Source: Acidimicrobiales bacterium (GTDB lineage Bacteria > Actinomycetota > Acidimicrobiia > Acidimicrobiales > SZUA-35). Taken from it: a DNA stretch of 64,000 nt. The stretch covers positions 38,706 through 102,705 of the forward strand of contig JAHDCC010000001.1 of assembly GCA_020630065.1 (NCBI GenBank), read 5' to 3'. Below, one piece after another: positions 29,893-40,231 of this stretch (position 1 is its first letter; each line of letters begins with the position of its first letter). The position numbers and the translations under genes were made by a program. Below the pieces are notes generated by a model that was not told the DNA's origin, ran no database searches, and saw nothing but the letters and a program-made list of their open reading frames with translations.

Positions 29893-30591
29893 ATGTTTGA
29901 CGGAAGTTTTCGAGCACCGATTGATAGAGGCATAGCTCCGATCGGTAAGCGCCTCCAAAAAGCTGGTGTGTCACCTGATGCGGTGACTGCAGTTGGAGTG
30001 GTTATGGCGGCGGCATGTGGTGTCGCTATTGGTTTGGGGCAGTTCCCGCTCGCAGTGCTTCTTCTTATTCTTACCGGTCTACCGGATGCCTTGGACGGGG
30101 CTGTAGCTAAAGCTGGCGGCAAGGCTGGACCTCGGGGAGCGTTTCTTGATTCGGTTTCTGACCGGTTGAGTGACGGGCTTCTTTTCGCCGGTGCTGGTTG
30201 GTTCTTGCTGAATGGTGACAGCCCACGTCTGGTAATGCTTCCGTTTGCTCTTTATCTTGCCGCTTCACTTGTTTCCTACCAAAGAGCTAAGGCCGAAGTT
30301 CTAGGTTTCGACGCCAAGGGCGGTCTTATGGAGCGGGCCGAACGGTTTATCGCCCTCGGTATCGGTTTGCTTTTCAGTCCCATCTTCGTTCCCGTTTTGT
30401 GGATCATGCTTGCATTGACCGCCGCCACAGCCGTCTTCCGGTTTGTCAAAGTATGGAAGCAGGCAAGTGCGGTTAGGGCCGTGCCGCCACGTCGACGCCG
30501 ACGACGTCAGCGTCGAACTGCCCGACCTATTGCTGGCACGTTCCGAGAACGAGCACGTGGGCGAGCTGAGTCTCGTAGACGCAGAAGCTAG
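29893..30591 (+). CDS. pgsA: phosphatidylinositol-phosphate synthase (CDP-alcohol phosphatidyltransferase)
   Basis: DALDGAVAK...GAFLDSVSDR, SYQRAKAE and ERAER motifs. Confidence 0.92.
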   Translation: MFDGSFRAPIDRGIAPIGKRLQKAGVSPDAVTAVGVVMAAACGVAIGLGQFPLAVLLLILTGLPDALDGAVAKAGGKAGPRGAFLDSVSDRLSDGLLFAGAGWFLLNGDSPRLVMLPFALYLAASLVSYQRAKAEVLGFDAKGGLMERAERFIALGIGLLFSPIFVPVLWIMLALTAATAVFRFVKVWKQASAVRAVPPRRRRRRQRRTARPIAGTFRERARGRAESRRRRS

Positions 30592-30615
30592 TTAGCGTCG
30601 ATCAATCGTTCTCTA

Positions 30616-31557
30616 TTGAAACCGGTCTTCGTAAACATACGACAGAGCGTTTCTTCCGTATCTGTGCGTCTGATCAATTTTGTGCGTCCAGGTCCGCTAA
30701 CGACGTTACGGGCGGGTTCGTTTCTTGTTCGCCTGCTCCCGTTGTCACTGGCCTTGCGCCTCGGGTATCATCTCGCAGCCTGGCTAGGGCCGCGACTGAT
30801 GCCTGCTAAAGCCGACCAATTGGGCCGACATATTCTGCGAATAGATCCCGATGTCGAACCTGACCTTGCCGCCGAGGTTCGTCGTGGTTTTGGTTCGTAC
30901 GGTCGGTACTGGGTTGAGTCTTTCCGGTTGCCGACATTGACGGCTAAACAGATTAGTTCTGAGTTCAAAGTCGATCACTACGAACACATTTCGGACGTCC
31001 TCGAGGCGGGTTCGGCCCCTATTCTCGTGTTGCCCCATCTTGGCGGTTGGGAATGGGCTGCCGGATGGCTTAGTCGATACAAGGGGCTTGGGGTAGCGGC
31101 CGTTGTCGAACGCCTCGAGCCGGAAGAAGTCTTCGAATGGTTCGTATCAGTTCGGCAAGGGTACGGCGTGAATGTTATACCACTCGGTTCTTCGGCGATG
31201 GGAGAACTCATCTATCACATAAAGCAAGGGCACATCATCGCCCTAATGGCTGATCGAGACGTTGCCGGTACTGGAGTGGATGTAGAGTTTTTTGGTGAGG
31301 CGACAAAGCTTCCGGTCGGTCCAGCTTTGCTTTCGCGTCGTACTGGGGCTCCGCTGTTGCCGACGGCCGTCTTCTACGACGGATGGGGGTATCGGGCTGA
31401 AGTTGGCGAACCGATATACCCCAATTGGGGCTCTAACCTACGGGCCGATCTGGCCACGGTGACACAGGAACTTGCCGGCCACCTCGAGGATCTTATTCGC
31501 CAAGCTCCCGACCAGTGGCATGTGCTTGAACCTAACTGGCCTAGTGACTACGACTAG
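30616..31557 (+). CDS. patA: phosphatidylinositol mannoside acyltransferase
   Basis: YGRYWVESFRLP, PHLGGWE, ADRD, FFGE and PDQWH motifs; follows pgsA. Confidence 0.9.
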   Translation: MKPVFVNIRQSVSSVSVRLINFVRPGPLTTLRAGSFLVRLLPLSLALRLGYHLAAWLGPRLMPAKADQLGRHILRIDPDVEPDLAAEVRRGFGSYGRYWVESFRLPTLTAKQISSEFKVDHYEHISDVLEAGSAPILVLPHLGGWEWAAGWLSRYKGLGVAAVVERLEPEEVFEWFVSVRQGYGVNVIPLGSSAMGELIYHIKQGHIIALMADRDVAGTGVDVEFFGEATKLPVGPALLSRRTGAPLLPTAVFYDGWGYRAEVGEPIYPNWGSNLRADLATVTQELAGHLEDLIRQAPDQWHVLEPNWPSDYD

Positions 31558-31639
31558 TACCCAGAAGTAACTATTCGGGCAGTGTTCATAGACCGTGCTG
31601 TCAGAGGGTGGGTGGTACTATCTGGCACCGGTTGATGTT

Positions 31640-32248
31640 TTATTGGTTTGCGACGGCAAGAAAAAGCTGATGCACACGATCGTCTTCGGGAATCAACTCG
31701 GGGTGGAACGACGATACCATCACCTGATTCTGGCGGCAAAGCACAGGTTCGTTATCGTAGGTCGCCCATACTTCTACTGCGTCGCCAACTCGAGAAACTC
31801 CGGGGGCCCTGATAAATACAGCATGAAGTTGTGCTTCGGTTTCAAGTTTAGAAGCAATCGATGGTGGCACATTCAGTTCGATGGCTGACTCGAATGAATC
31901 GACTTGGCGCCCATAAAAGTTGCGGGTTACGTCGATGTCGATAGCGCCGAAAGAGGTTTGGTCCGGTGTACCATCCTCAATTTCGTTTGCCAATAAAATC
32001 ATCCCCGCACAGGTTCCCAGCATCGGGAGCTTGTTTTGGACAGCGGCCGCAAACGCCGCTTCGAGGCAATTTGCTTTCAACATTTTAGAAATGACGGTTG
32101 ATTCACCGCCGGGGATTATCAATGCATCGCAAGATAACAGCTGGTCAGCGTTTCTAACCTGAACACTTTCCACCCCACAGCGGTGTAGTGCCTCTTGGTG
32201 CAAAGCAAACGCGCCTTGCACCGCCAAAACTCCGACGGTTGTTACCAA
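31640..32248 (-). CDS. pdxT: pyridoxal 5'-phosphate synthase glutaminase subunit
   Basis: GVLAVQG, PGGEST, GTCAG, FIRAP and FHPE motifs. Confidence 0.96.
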   Translation of the reverse strand: MVTTVGVLAVQGAFALHQEALHRCGVESVQVRNADQLLSCDALIIPGGESTVISKMLKANCLEAAFAAAVQNKLPMLGTCAGMILLANEIEDGTPDQTSFGAIDIDVTRNFYGRQVDSFESAIELNVPPSIASKLETEAQLHAVFIRAPGVSRVGDAVEVWATYDNEPVLCRQNQVMVSSFHPELIPEDDRVHQLFLAVANQ

Positions 32249-33150
32249 CCTCGATCGGCGAGTTTTACGTCGATGTCGTCCATCCCGATTCCGGTCATTG
32301 GTGCACCCAACCCGCGGCTTACTTTCGTCAGGATCTCAGCATCTTCGAAGTTGGTGGTAGCTTCGACGATTGCTTTCGCCCGTGGCGCCGGGTCTTCGCT
32401 TTTGAAAATACCGGAACCCACGAAAACGGCCTCAGCCCCGAGCTGCATCGCTAGGGCGGCGTCAGCCGGTGTGGCGATGCCGCCAGCACAAAAGAGCGGG
32501 ACCTGAAGTTTGCCGGTTTCGGCGATTTCTTGAACTAACGGCAAAGGAGCCTGAAGCTGCTTAGCCCAGTCAAAAAGTTCGGCCTGGTCAGCTTGAGTGA
32601 CCTTTTTGATGTCTCCGAGAATGGATCGGAGGTGGCGGACGGCTTCAACGATGTTTCCGGTGCCAGCCTCGCCCTTTGAACGGATCATGCAGGCACCTTC
32701 ACCAATCCGACGTAGTGCCTCTCCGAGATTGGTAGCGCCACACACGAATGGGGCAGTAAACGCCCATTTGTCGATGTGGTGTGCTTCATCGGCTGGAGTG
32801 AGTACCTCAGACTCGTCGATGTAGTCAACGCCTAAGGACTGCAGGATTTGGGCCTCAACAAAATGGCCGATTCGGGCCTTTGCCATAACGGGAATAGTTG
32901 TGACTTGTTTGATCCCTTCGATCATCTCGGGATCACTCATACGCACAACGCCGCCGTCTGCTCGGATATCGGCTGGTACACGCTCCAGGGCCATAACGGC
33001 TACCGCTCCAGCGTCCTCTGCGATTTTAGCCTGTTCAGGGTTCACGACGTCCATGATGACCCCACCCTTGAACATTTCGGCCAGTCCACGTTTCACACGA
33101 ATTGAGCCGACGGTGGATGGCTGAGCAACAGCTTTGTTGGTTTCTTCCAT
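32242..33150 (-). CDS. pdxS: pyridoxal 5'-phosphate synthase lyase subunit
   Basis: [25 protein letters not shown] and [10 protein letters not shown] motifs; ATG 33150. Confidence 0.97.
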   Translation of the reverse strand: MEETNKAVAQPSTVGSIRVKRGLAEMFKGGVIMDVVNPEQAKIAEDAGAVAVMALERVPADIRADGGVVRMSDPEMIEGIKQVTTIPVMAKARIGHFVEAQILQSLGVDYIDESEVLTPADEAHHIDKWAFTAPFVCGATNLGEALRRIGEGACMIRSKGEAGTGNIVEAVRHLRSILGDIKKVTQADQAELFDWAKQLQAPLPLVQEIAETGKLQVPLFCAGGIATPADAALAMQLGAEAVFVGSGIFKSEDPAPRAKAIVEATTNFEDAEILTKVSRGLGAPMTGIGMDDIDVKLADRGW

Positions 33151-33232
33151 GTGGCTCAGTTTACGCGGCGAATAAGCGAGACGGCGAGTCAATTACGTTT
33201 GTATGTTGAATCGTAGAGTTTTAGCTGGTTGG

Positions 33233-34063
33233 CTATAACTCGGCCAGCACATCGATGCGTAGATTTACATCAGAATCTTGATTGTAAACGACCTCATCAT
33301 CCCCGGCCTCGGACCGGGGTGAGACAAACCATGCCGCGTCGTAAGCGGGGATAGCGCCCGGGACTTGGCTGCTCGATGACTTGATTTTCTCAAGTGCTGA
33401 CAGCAGGCCAGGAGGATAGCGGGTCAGAATAACAGCAGAGCCATCTGATAAAAGTTCTCGGTCTGACACATATACGCGATTTATTAGCCGCAAGCCGAGG
33501 GGTTTGGTGACCGGAGCTAGGGGGCCTGTGACCAGCGGGCCGTACATTGAAGACGCTAGTGTTGTGACTTCGGCATCGCCAGATTTGATGCGGGCTACCA
33601 GCTCAGCTATCACACCTTCGAGTTCGATACGAGAGAGGTTTTCGACGAGTCCAGTTGTGGCCAAAATATGGGACTCGCCATCGCACTCTAAGGCAGCAGC
33701 ATTCAGTGCGTCATCGTGGACTGTATATATTCGAGATTCGCTAATCCCACCCGTGAGCGCTAGGCCTTCGAGTAAGTTTACGAGGCGGGCTTCGACCCCA
33801 TTTGCGGTCGATTCGACGGCTCCGACAGATTTGATCAACGCATGCCCGGCCTCTTGCCGACGCCAGAATATGATTCCTCCAGCGAATCCGGCTGCGAGAA
33901 CCAGCGAAACCCACCATGGTAGAGGTGTCACAAACGCAACGAGCAACAACAGGAACGCAAATAAAGCTGCTAAGCCGAGAAAGGAAGTCAGCAGGATAGA
34001 CCTGGTTGATGTCGTGACTGTTGGTTTAGTCAAACTTGCCGTGGTTGGTTCGACCGAGGTCAT
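33233..34063 (-). CDS. HtpX/M48-like membrane protein lacking HEXXH
   Basis: Two N-terminal TM helices; LNAAA, TTGLVENL..IELEGVIA and LTRYPPGLLSALEK motifs; no HEXXH. Confidence 0.75.
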   Translation of the reverse strand: MTSVEPTTASLTKPTVTTSTRSILLTSFLGLAALFAFLLLLVAFVTPLPWWVSLVLAAGFAGGIIFWRRQEAGHALIKSVGAVESTANGVEARLVNLLEGLALTGGISESRIYTVHDDALNAAALECDGESHILATTGLVENLSRIELEGVIAELVARIKSGDAEVTTLASSMYGPLVTGPLAPVTKPLGLRLINRVYVSDRELLSDGSAVILTRYPPGLLSALEKIKSSSSQVPGAIPAYDAAWFVSPRSEAGDDEVVYNQDSDVNLRIDVLAEL

Positions 34064-34156
34064 GTAGATTTGCCGTCCTAAGGTTTTGTGTGCCCGGCTA
34101 GTCCGACGGGTCTACGTCTAGTGTAACGCTACGAATATACTGCTGTTCGTCTTATG

Positions 34157-34441
34157 CTACGGGAGATTTTGGTTGTGTTTCGTCAACCGTTTGAGGTAGT
34201 CGATGGTGTTAGGATCGATCTTGGCCGGTCCCGACGACTTTGTAGCCATCGTCCACCACAGGGCGGATGAAAATAGGGCTACCAAGGTGACGAGAGCCGC
34301 TAGATTACCGAAGCTGTATCGGCCAAACGCTACGAGAACGGCACCAGCAAAGATGAGTAACACCGACGGAAACACTATCAACCTGCGGTGTCGCCTGATC
34401 TTTTCTGGCGGGTAAGTGCCATCTTGATAAAAGCCGTACAT
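34157..34441 (-). CDS. small hypothetical membrane protein
   Basis: 94 aa, two TM helices; TAGACT -10 lies 6 nt before the ATG. Confidence 0.65.
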   Translation of the reverse strand: MYGFYQDGTYPPEKIRRHRRLIVFPSVLLIFAGAVLVAFGRYSFGNLAALVTLVALFSSALWWTMATKSSGPAKIDPNTIDYLKRLTKHNQNLP

Positions 34442-34511
34442 GACGTCAGTCTAGTCGATCCTCGAAACTTCGTTGATCGGGGAGAAGAACGAATCGGCAA
34501 ACGTCGCCAAC

Positions 34512-35582
34512 TCAGATAAGAAGCTGTTGGTAACGGGAAACGTAGGCGTCTGCTAGCCGTGACATCGAGAAGTCTTGGACTCTGTCGGCACCGCTTTGAA
34601 CGAGAGCGTCACGAGCCGGTCCACCGTCAAGGCACTTGAGTAACTGTTTCGCTAACGCTTGAGCGTCTCCGGTTGGGAACAGGGCAGCGTCGGTTCCCTC
34701 GCGGGACACAACACGGTAGGCGGGCAGATCACTGGCCACGACCGGTGTGTTCGCAGCCATGCCTTCTAGAAGAACGATTCCGAAACTCTCTCCACCCAAC
34801 GAAGGAACACAAAAAACGTCGGCCGCTTTTAAGCGAGCGATCTTTTCGGGTTCTGTCAATGCCCCAATCCATTCAATACGCTTATCAAACGCGTATTTTG
34901 AGGTCAATTCTTCGGTCTCCGGCCCCTGACCGGCTACCCAGATCGACACTTCTGGGGGTAGTAGCTGGGCGGCTTTTAGAAGTACCGCAAGGCCTTTGCG
35001 GGGTTCGTGGCGACCCAGAAAAAGAACGGTAGGTCCGGTCTTGTCAGCCGGAAGAACCGTTTCGAAAAGGCTCACCTCAATACCGTTGAACAGTATGTCG
35101 TATGTTCCTCCCAGGTACCTTGATGCCATGCCGGCTGCGTCTGGAGAAACAGCTACTCGTAGATCAAGGCGGTTGGCGAACCGGCGTAAGATTGGTTTTC
35201 CCCACCGGTACGACGCCACATGTCCACTGGCGTGAAATGTTCCGATTAATGGGGTTGGTTTGACCATAACTGAGGTCAGTGTCGGGCCGGGAACAAGAGG
35301 TTCGTGAAGGTGTAGGACGTCGAATTGTCCGTCCCATATAGTTCCGAGTGTTCGTAACTGGGCTGCGGGATCAGGGGCTACCGGCGCGAACGAGCCGTTT
35401 TGGGCATACGGAATCGAATTACCTAGTGGCGTTACCCAAGGTTCAGGTGGTTGTCCATCGCATGGCGACAGGACCTGGGTATCCACACCTTTTGAGCGAA
35501 GTGAACGAGCCAAGCCTAGAACTTGGGTTTGTACTCCACCCCAAACAGCCAGGCTGTATGGACATACGATTCCAACTCTCAC
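34512..35582 (-). CDS. pimA: phosphatidyl-myo-inositol alpha-mannosyltransferase
   Basis: RVGIVCPYS..GGVQ, HLHEP, FLGRHEPRKG and GESFGIVLLEGMA motifs. Confidence 0.92.
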   Translation of the reverse strand: MRVGIVCPYSLAVWGGVQTQVLGLARSLRSKGVDTQVLSPCDGQPPEPWVTPLGNSIPYAQNGSFAPVAPDPAAQLRTLGTIWDGQFDVLHLHEPLVPGPTLTSVMVKPTPLIGTFHASGHVASYRWGKPILRRFANRLDLRVAVSPDAAGMASRYLGGTYDILFNGIEVSLFETVLPADKTGPTVLFLGRHEPRKGLAVLLKAAQLLPPEVSIWVAGQGPETEELTSKYAFDKRIEWIGALTEPEKIARLKAADVFCVPSLGGESFGIVLLEGMAANTPVVASDLPAYRVVSREGTDAALFPTGDAQALAKQLLKCLDGGPARDALVQSGADRVQDFSMSRLADAYVSRYQQLLI

Positions 35583-35775
35583 CTATCCAGACTAACCTGA
35601 TATGGCGTCCCGAAATGCAGCGCCGTTCTGATTGGCAGCAGGTTTACACGCGCGATAGTTTCTTGGAACGTGTGGATCAGACAAATGTCTATCTGGAGTA
35701 CCCTTCTAGAGTCTGGCAATTTAGACATTATGATGTATTGTCGATGAACGTCATCGGACAATAGAGGCACCGACT

Positions 35776-36435
35776 ATGAAGAGCGAAGAAGTATCTGATC
35801 TGTTGCGTAGAGCTATACGTAACGGGATAATCCGGCCCGGTGACGATCTGGTGCAAGAAGATATCGCCAGTCGACTTGGTGTGAGCCGGATTCCGCTTCG
35901 TGAAGCTTTGCGTGGTCTGGCAGCTGTCGGGATTGTCCAGATGAAACCAGGTCAAGGTTTTCGAGTCACGAAGCTGGAATCCGAAGAGATAACTGAGCTT
36001 TATAATCTTCGTCTTCGTATCGAGCCTAATTTCGCTAACGACATCATCACCCATATTTCAAAACCTCAAATCGATCTCTTGGATGATCTCGACAAGAAAA
36101 TGCGGGCTCAAGATGACAACGCAGAAGAATGGGCGAACGCAAATTACGATTTCCACCTCGGAATGTACGAATCGGCTGGCGGTAGTCACACCCTTCGAAT
36201 CGTAAGGCAGCTTCTTGACCTAGTGGAGCCGTATTCACGGATGTATGTGTATGAGTTGCAGAATGTCGATCGGGTACAGAACGAACACAGCTCAATGATT
36301 GAAGCGATTCGTGACGGTGATGTGGAGGGTCTGGATCAGGCGATCTCTCTCCATCTGGTGGGTGCCAGAGATGGATTGGTGGCCGCGATGGCTGCCGAAC
36401 CTAACGTTGACCCGATTACGCTTTTGATGCCGTGA
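35776..36435 (+). CDS. GntR-family (FCD/FadR-type) transcriptional regulator
   Basis: LGVSRIPLREAL wHTH; NYDFH and EH FCD motifs. Confidence 0.93.
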   Translation: MKSEEVSDLLRRAIRNGIIRPGDDLVQEDIASRLGVSRIPLREALRGLAAVGIVQMKPGQGFRVTKLESEEITELYNLRLRIEPNFANDIITHISKPQIDLLDDLDKKMRAQDDNAEEWANANYDFHLGMYESAGGSHTLRIVRQLLDLVEPYSRMYVYELQNVDRVQNEHSSMIEAIRDGDVEGLDQAISLHLVGARDGLVAAMAAEPNVDPITLLMP

Positions 36436-36441
36436 CCCCTC

Positions 36442-36466
36442 GTCGCCGCTAACCGAGGCGACTTTT
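36442..36466 (+). terminator. probable intrinsic terminator after gntR
   Basis: GTCGCC-N9-GGCGAC followed by TTTT. Confidence 0.55.
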
Positions 36467-36691
36467 CATATATTTGCTGCGCGATAGGTAGGTGCCCATA
36501 ATCCTGGGTTCGGTCGCGGTAGTTAACTTGGCCCTGCTCAGGGTGCCGGGTAGTAGACGACGGCTGTGGTTTTAGGTGCAGCGTCGTTGTTTCGCGCTCG
36601 GGTAAGAATAGCCGGAGTGTTCAGGGATAAACAGAGATTCTTCAGTCGCGCTCATCGTGTGTCGGACTTGTTGCAGCCACCAGATTGCCAG

Positions 36692-36721
36692 TTGACGCAT
36701 AAGAATACACTGTATACACTG
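36692..36721 (+). promoter_or_regulatory. sigma70-type promoter overlapped by a GntR-like operator
   Basis: TTGACG(36692)-N17-TACACT(36715); CACTGTATACA overlaps the -10. Confidence 0.7.
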
Positions 36722-36923
36722 TGCGCATGGACACATCGGGAGTGGCGGCTCGGACAACAGGGGGGACGTAAGCACCACCCAGGATCTGGACCGAACTAAT
36801 CTACGTCCAGATCGTCGGAGGTGATTCGTTGCCTTCAGCGTCACTTTTAGTTGTTCAACGGAATGAGTTAAAGGGATGGCCTGGCAAGTAGCTGGGTCGT
36901 AAAAAGCTCTAGGAAGAGGGAAA

Positions 36924-38273
36924 ATGAGACTGAGAAAAAAGAAACAACTGTTTCTGTCAGTGGTTGCCTTCATGTTGTTCGCCTCGGCGTGCGGAGGCAC
37001 CACGGCTGGCGAAGGAACAAGCGACACTAACGAAGACGGAACGGAAAATAGTAGCGAGAGCAGCGGAAATGCCAGTGGCGAAGTAGTCAAGGTAGGCGCC
37101 CTGTTTCCACTTACCGGCTCCGTTGCATCTGCGGGACAGCAAACCCTCAACGGAGTAATGCTCGCTGAAGAAATCGTCAATGGCGAGTTCCCGGAATTGG
37201 CTGACCTGCCGTTGGCCGAGACCGCAGGCCTTCCTAATGTCGGAAACGCTCAGGTCGAGGTAATTTCAACTGACCACAAAGGCGAAGCCGACGTCGGTCA
37301 GGCCGAAGCGGAACGACTGATCGAAAGCGAAGAAGTGGTTGCTCTCACCGGTGCATTCAACTCTTCGGTAACCAAAACAGCATCCGAAAAAGCAGAACGA
37401 CTCGGCATTCCGTTCGTAAATGGATCTTCGTCATCAACGGCGCTGACCGAAGACCCAGAACGAGCAGAGCTGGAATACTTCTTCCGCACCGGTCCGAGCG
37501 ACAAAACTTTCGCTGAATCCTTCTTCAAGTTCCTCGAAGATCTAGAAGAAGAAGGCGAAGATGTTCGAGACGTAGCGTTGCTTTACGAGAACACCGAATT
37601 CGGAAACGAAGCAGCTCGGGTTACCAAAGAACTTGCAGAAGAGTTCGATTTCAATATCGTCGCTGATGTTCCTCACGGAAACGACGTTTCAGACATTACG
37701 CCTGAAGCTCAGAAAATCATTACCGCTGATCCGGACATCATTTTCCAAGCCTCTCAGACCAGTGAAGCAATTCTGTTCATGAACGCCTGGGAAAACAACG
37801 AATATGCGGCTCCAATTCTGGCATACGGTGCAGGATTTAGTGACCCACAGTTCTTCGAATCTGTAGGCACCAAAGCTGACTTCGTAGTCGCCCGAGCAGC
37901 ATGGTCACTCGACGCTGTTTCGGCTAAACCGGCTGCGGTTAATGTCGCCGAGATGTACGAAGAGCGATTCGATCAACCAATGGACGAAAACTCGGCCCGT
38001 ACGTTTACTGCTGCGATGACACTATTCGCCGCAATTGACGCCGCTGGATCTTCTGAACCAGACGCCATTCGGGATGCGTTGACAACACTGAACCTCAGTG
38101 ACAACGAAATCATCATGCCTTGGGAAGGAATTCTCTTTGCCGAGAACGGTCAGAACGAATTGGCGCAAGGAATCGTGACCCAACGACTAGAAGAGCAATA
38201 CGCAGTCGTTTGGCCATTCGAAACAGCACCAACTGAACTTACCTGGCCAGTACCACCCGTATCACAACGCTAG
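36924..38273 (+). CDS. LivJ/K-type ABC substrate-binding lipoprotein
   Basis: Lipobox FASAC; KVGALFPLTG, FFRTGPSD and ENTEFG motifs; strongly acidic. Confidence 0.9.
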   Translation: MRLRKKKQLFLSVVAFMLFASACGGTTAGEGTSDTNEDGTENSSESSGNASGEVVKVGALFPLTGSVASAGQQTLNGVMLAEEIVNGEFPELADLPLAETAGLPNVGNAQVEVISTDHKGEADVGQAEAERLIESEEVVALTGAFNSSVTKTASEKAERLGIPFVNGSSSSTALTEDPERAELEYFFRTGPSDKTFAESFFKFLEDLEEEGEDVRDVALLYENTEFGNEAARVTKELAEEFDFNIVADVPHGNDVSDITPEAQKIITADPDIIFQASQTSEAILFMNAWENNEYAAPILAYGAGFSDPQFFESVGTKADFVVARAAWSLDAVSAKPAAVNVAEMYEERFDQPMDENSARTFTAAMTLFAAIDAAGSSEPDAIRDALTTLNLSDNEIIMPWEGILFAENGQNELAQGIVTQRLEEQYAVVWPFETAPTELTWPVPPVSQR

Positions 38274-38309
38274 AAACTTGAGTCCACTTCGGTCGCAGAA
38301 AGGGAGTAA

Positions 38310-39173
38310 ATGAGCGATCTTATACAAACATTCGTCAATGGTCTAATGCTTGGTTCCGTGCTGGCGTTGGTAGCCGTTGGCCTAACAGTAATCTACGGGG
38401 TAGTAGATATTGTTAACTTCGCTCATGGCGAATTCGTAATGGCTGGGATGTATGCAACATTCGTAGCGTCTTCACAGTTTGGTTTCGACCCATTACTTGC
38501 CATGCCCGTTTCTGCGGCCGTTGTTGGGCTGATCGGGGTATTGAGTTTCTTTACCTTTGTTCGCCCGGCGATGAGGGGTACTCTCCTCTCGCAGATCTTC
38601 GTCACCTTTGGTTTGATGATTTTCATGAGAGGAGTCGCTCAAACCCTGTTTGGTTCGAACTTTGAAACCATCCAAGGCGCTTGGTTGTCTTCTCAGCGAA
38701 TAACCATAGGGGACATCGTTATGCCAGGGCCGCAGCTAGCTGCTGCGGTCGGCAGCCTAGTCTGTACCGGTGCAATTGGCTGGTTCATCTACCGAACAAC
38801 GACCGGTAAGGCGCTCCAGGCGACTAGTCAAGATCCGGATGCAGCATTAATGATGGGTATCAACCCAAATAAGATGTTCGGACTTGCGTGGTTGATCGGA
38901 GGTGCCTCGACCGGTGTCGCCGCAGCTCTCGTGGCTAACTATCAGCCCGTCCATCCGAACGTAGGTCTAGCCTTTGGGCTCACCGCCTTCGTGATTGTCG
39001 CCCTCGGTGGATTCGGGTCGATTGGTGGAGCGTTTCTCGCCGCCTTTGCTGTCGGCATGCTCGAGAATTTCTCTGCCTTCTACGGTGACTCTGCGTACAA
39101 GCAGGTCTGGATATTCGGGCTCTTCATCTTGGTCATGTTGTTTAGGCCTCAAGGATTGTTGGGCCGAGCATGA
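38310..39173 (+). CDS. livH: LivH-type ABC permease
   Basis: GLTVIYG...NFAHG and LGGFGS motifs. Confidence 0.9.
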   Translation: MSDLIQTFVNGLMLGSVLALVAVGLTVIYGVVDIVNFAHGEFVMAGMYATFVASSQFGFDPLLAMPVSAAVVGLIGVLSFFTFVRPAMRGTLLSQIFVTFGLMIFMRGVAQTLFGSNFETIQGAWLSSQRITIGDIVMPGPQLAAAVGSLVCTGAIGWFIYRTTTGKALQATSQDPDAALMMGINPNKMFGLAWLIGGASTGVAAALVANYQPVHPNVGLAFGLTAFVIVALGGFGSIGGAFLAAFAVGMLENFSAFYGDSAYKQVWIFGLFILVMLFRPQGLLGRA

Positions 39174-40231
39174 CTACAACAAATCAAACTACTACTGGCT
39201 CTGCAGCCGATGCTGCAACAAACGAGGGCGTTATGAACGTCAATGGCTTGCCACAAGGCAGCTCAGTCTGGGGAATGGTGCGACAGTACCTGCCGTGGGT
39301 TCTGTTTCTTGGATTCTTTGCCCTCTATCCCATCGTCTTCGACTCTCCGTCTGATCACACACTCGGCATCAAAATGATGTGGTTCGCAATTGCGGCGACC
39401 GGATGGAATATGTTGGGCGGCTTTGCTGGCCAAATCTCCCTGGGACACGCTACGTTCTTTGGAGTTGGCGCTTACGCGGTTGCCTTAGCCGACGAATACG
39501 AATGGAACCCTTGGCTGGCGATGATCCTTGGGATGGGTGTAGCCGCCATCATTGCCGTCATCATTGGCTGGCCTGTCTTCCGGCTTAAAGGTCACTATTT
39601 CACCATCGCTACTATCGGCACCGGAGAGATTGCGTTTCTCCTGGTTCGTAACAGCGAGTTTCTTGGAGGCACCGAAGGGTTCCTCATGCGAAGTGACGAA
39701 GGGTTCCTCAATTTCTATTGGGGAGGTCGACAGAAATGGGAGTTCTACTATCTCGGATTTGTGCTACTTCTTCTTGCGGTCGTGTCGACCGTAATGATTA
39801 GTAAGTCTCGTATGGGCTACTACTTGCAGGCCATTCGGAACAACCAAGAAGCAGCATCTTCACTCGGTGTCCCAATAGCGAAATACAAACAACTTGCGTT
39901 CATATACTCGGCGGTGTTTGTATCCATCGCCGGCTCGTACTTTGCGCAACAACTACAGTTCGCTGGACCAGACGAAGCATTCAGTTTGGACACATCGATC
40001 AGAATCACCATCATCGCTGTAATCGGTGGTGTGCTTAGTAAGTGGGGTCCCATGATCGGTGCGATCGTGTTTCTCTTCTTATCTGAGTGGACAAATATCA
40101 GGTTTGGTGGGAACGGTTTCGACCTAGTTATCTTCGGCTTCATCGTCATGGTTATGGCTGCCTTTGAGCCAAATGGTTTGATCGGGCTCGGAAACCGATT
40201 TGCACACCTACTCGAAAAGGCCAAATCATGA
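39170..40231 (+). CDS. livM: LivM-type ABC permease
   Basis: GFAGQISLGH, RLKGHYF and AIRNNQEAA motifs. Confidence 0.9.
   Translation: MTTTNQTTTGSAADAATNEGVMNVNGLPQGSSVWGMVRQYLPWVLFLGFFALYPIVFDSPSDHTLGIKMMWFAIAATGWNMLGGFAGQISLGHATFFGVGAYAVALADEYEWNPWLAMILGMGVAAIIAVIIGWPVFRLKGHYFTIATIGTGEIAFLLVRNSEFLGGTEGFLMRSDEGFLNFYWGGRQKWEFYYLGFVLLLLAVVSTVMISKSRMGYYLQAIRNNQEAASSLGVPIAKYKQLAFIYSAVFVSIAGSYFAQQLQFAGPDEAFSLDTSIRITIIAVIGGVLSKWGPMIGAIVFLFLSEWTNIRFGGNGFDLVIFGFIVMVMAAFEPNGLIGLGNRFAHLLEKAKS

Noticed and set aside
36572-37180. 202 aa minus-strand ORF
   Set aside because: It is an antisense shadow of the binding-protein gene and its leader, with no motifs.
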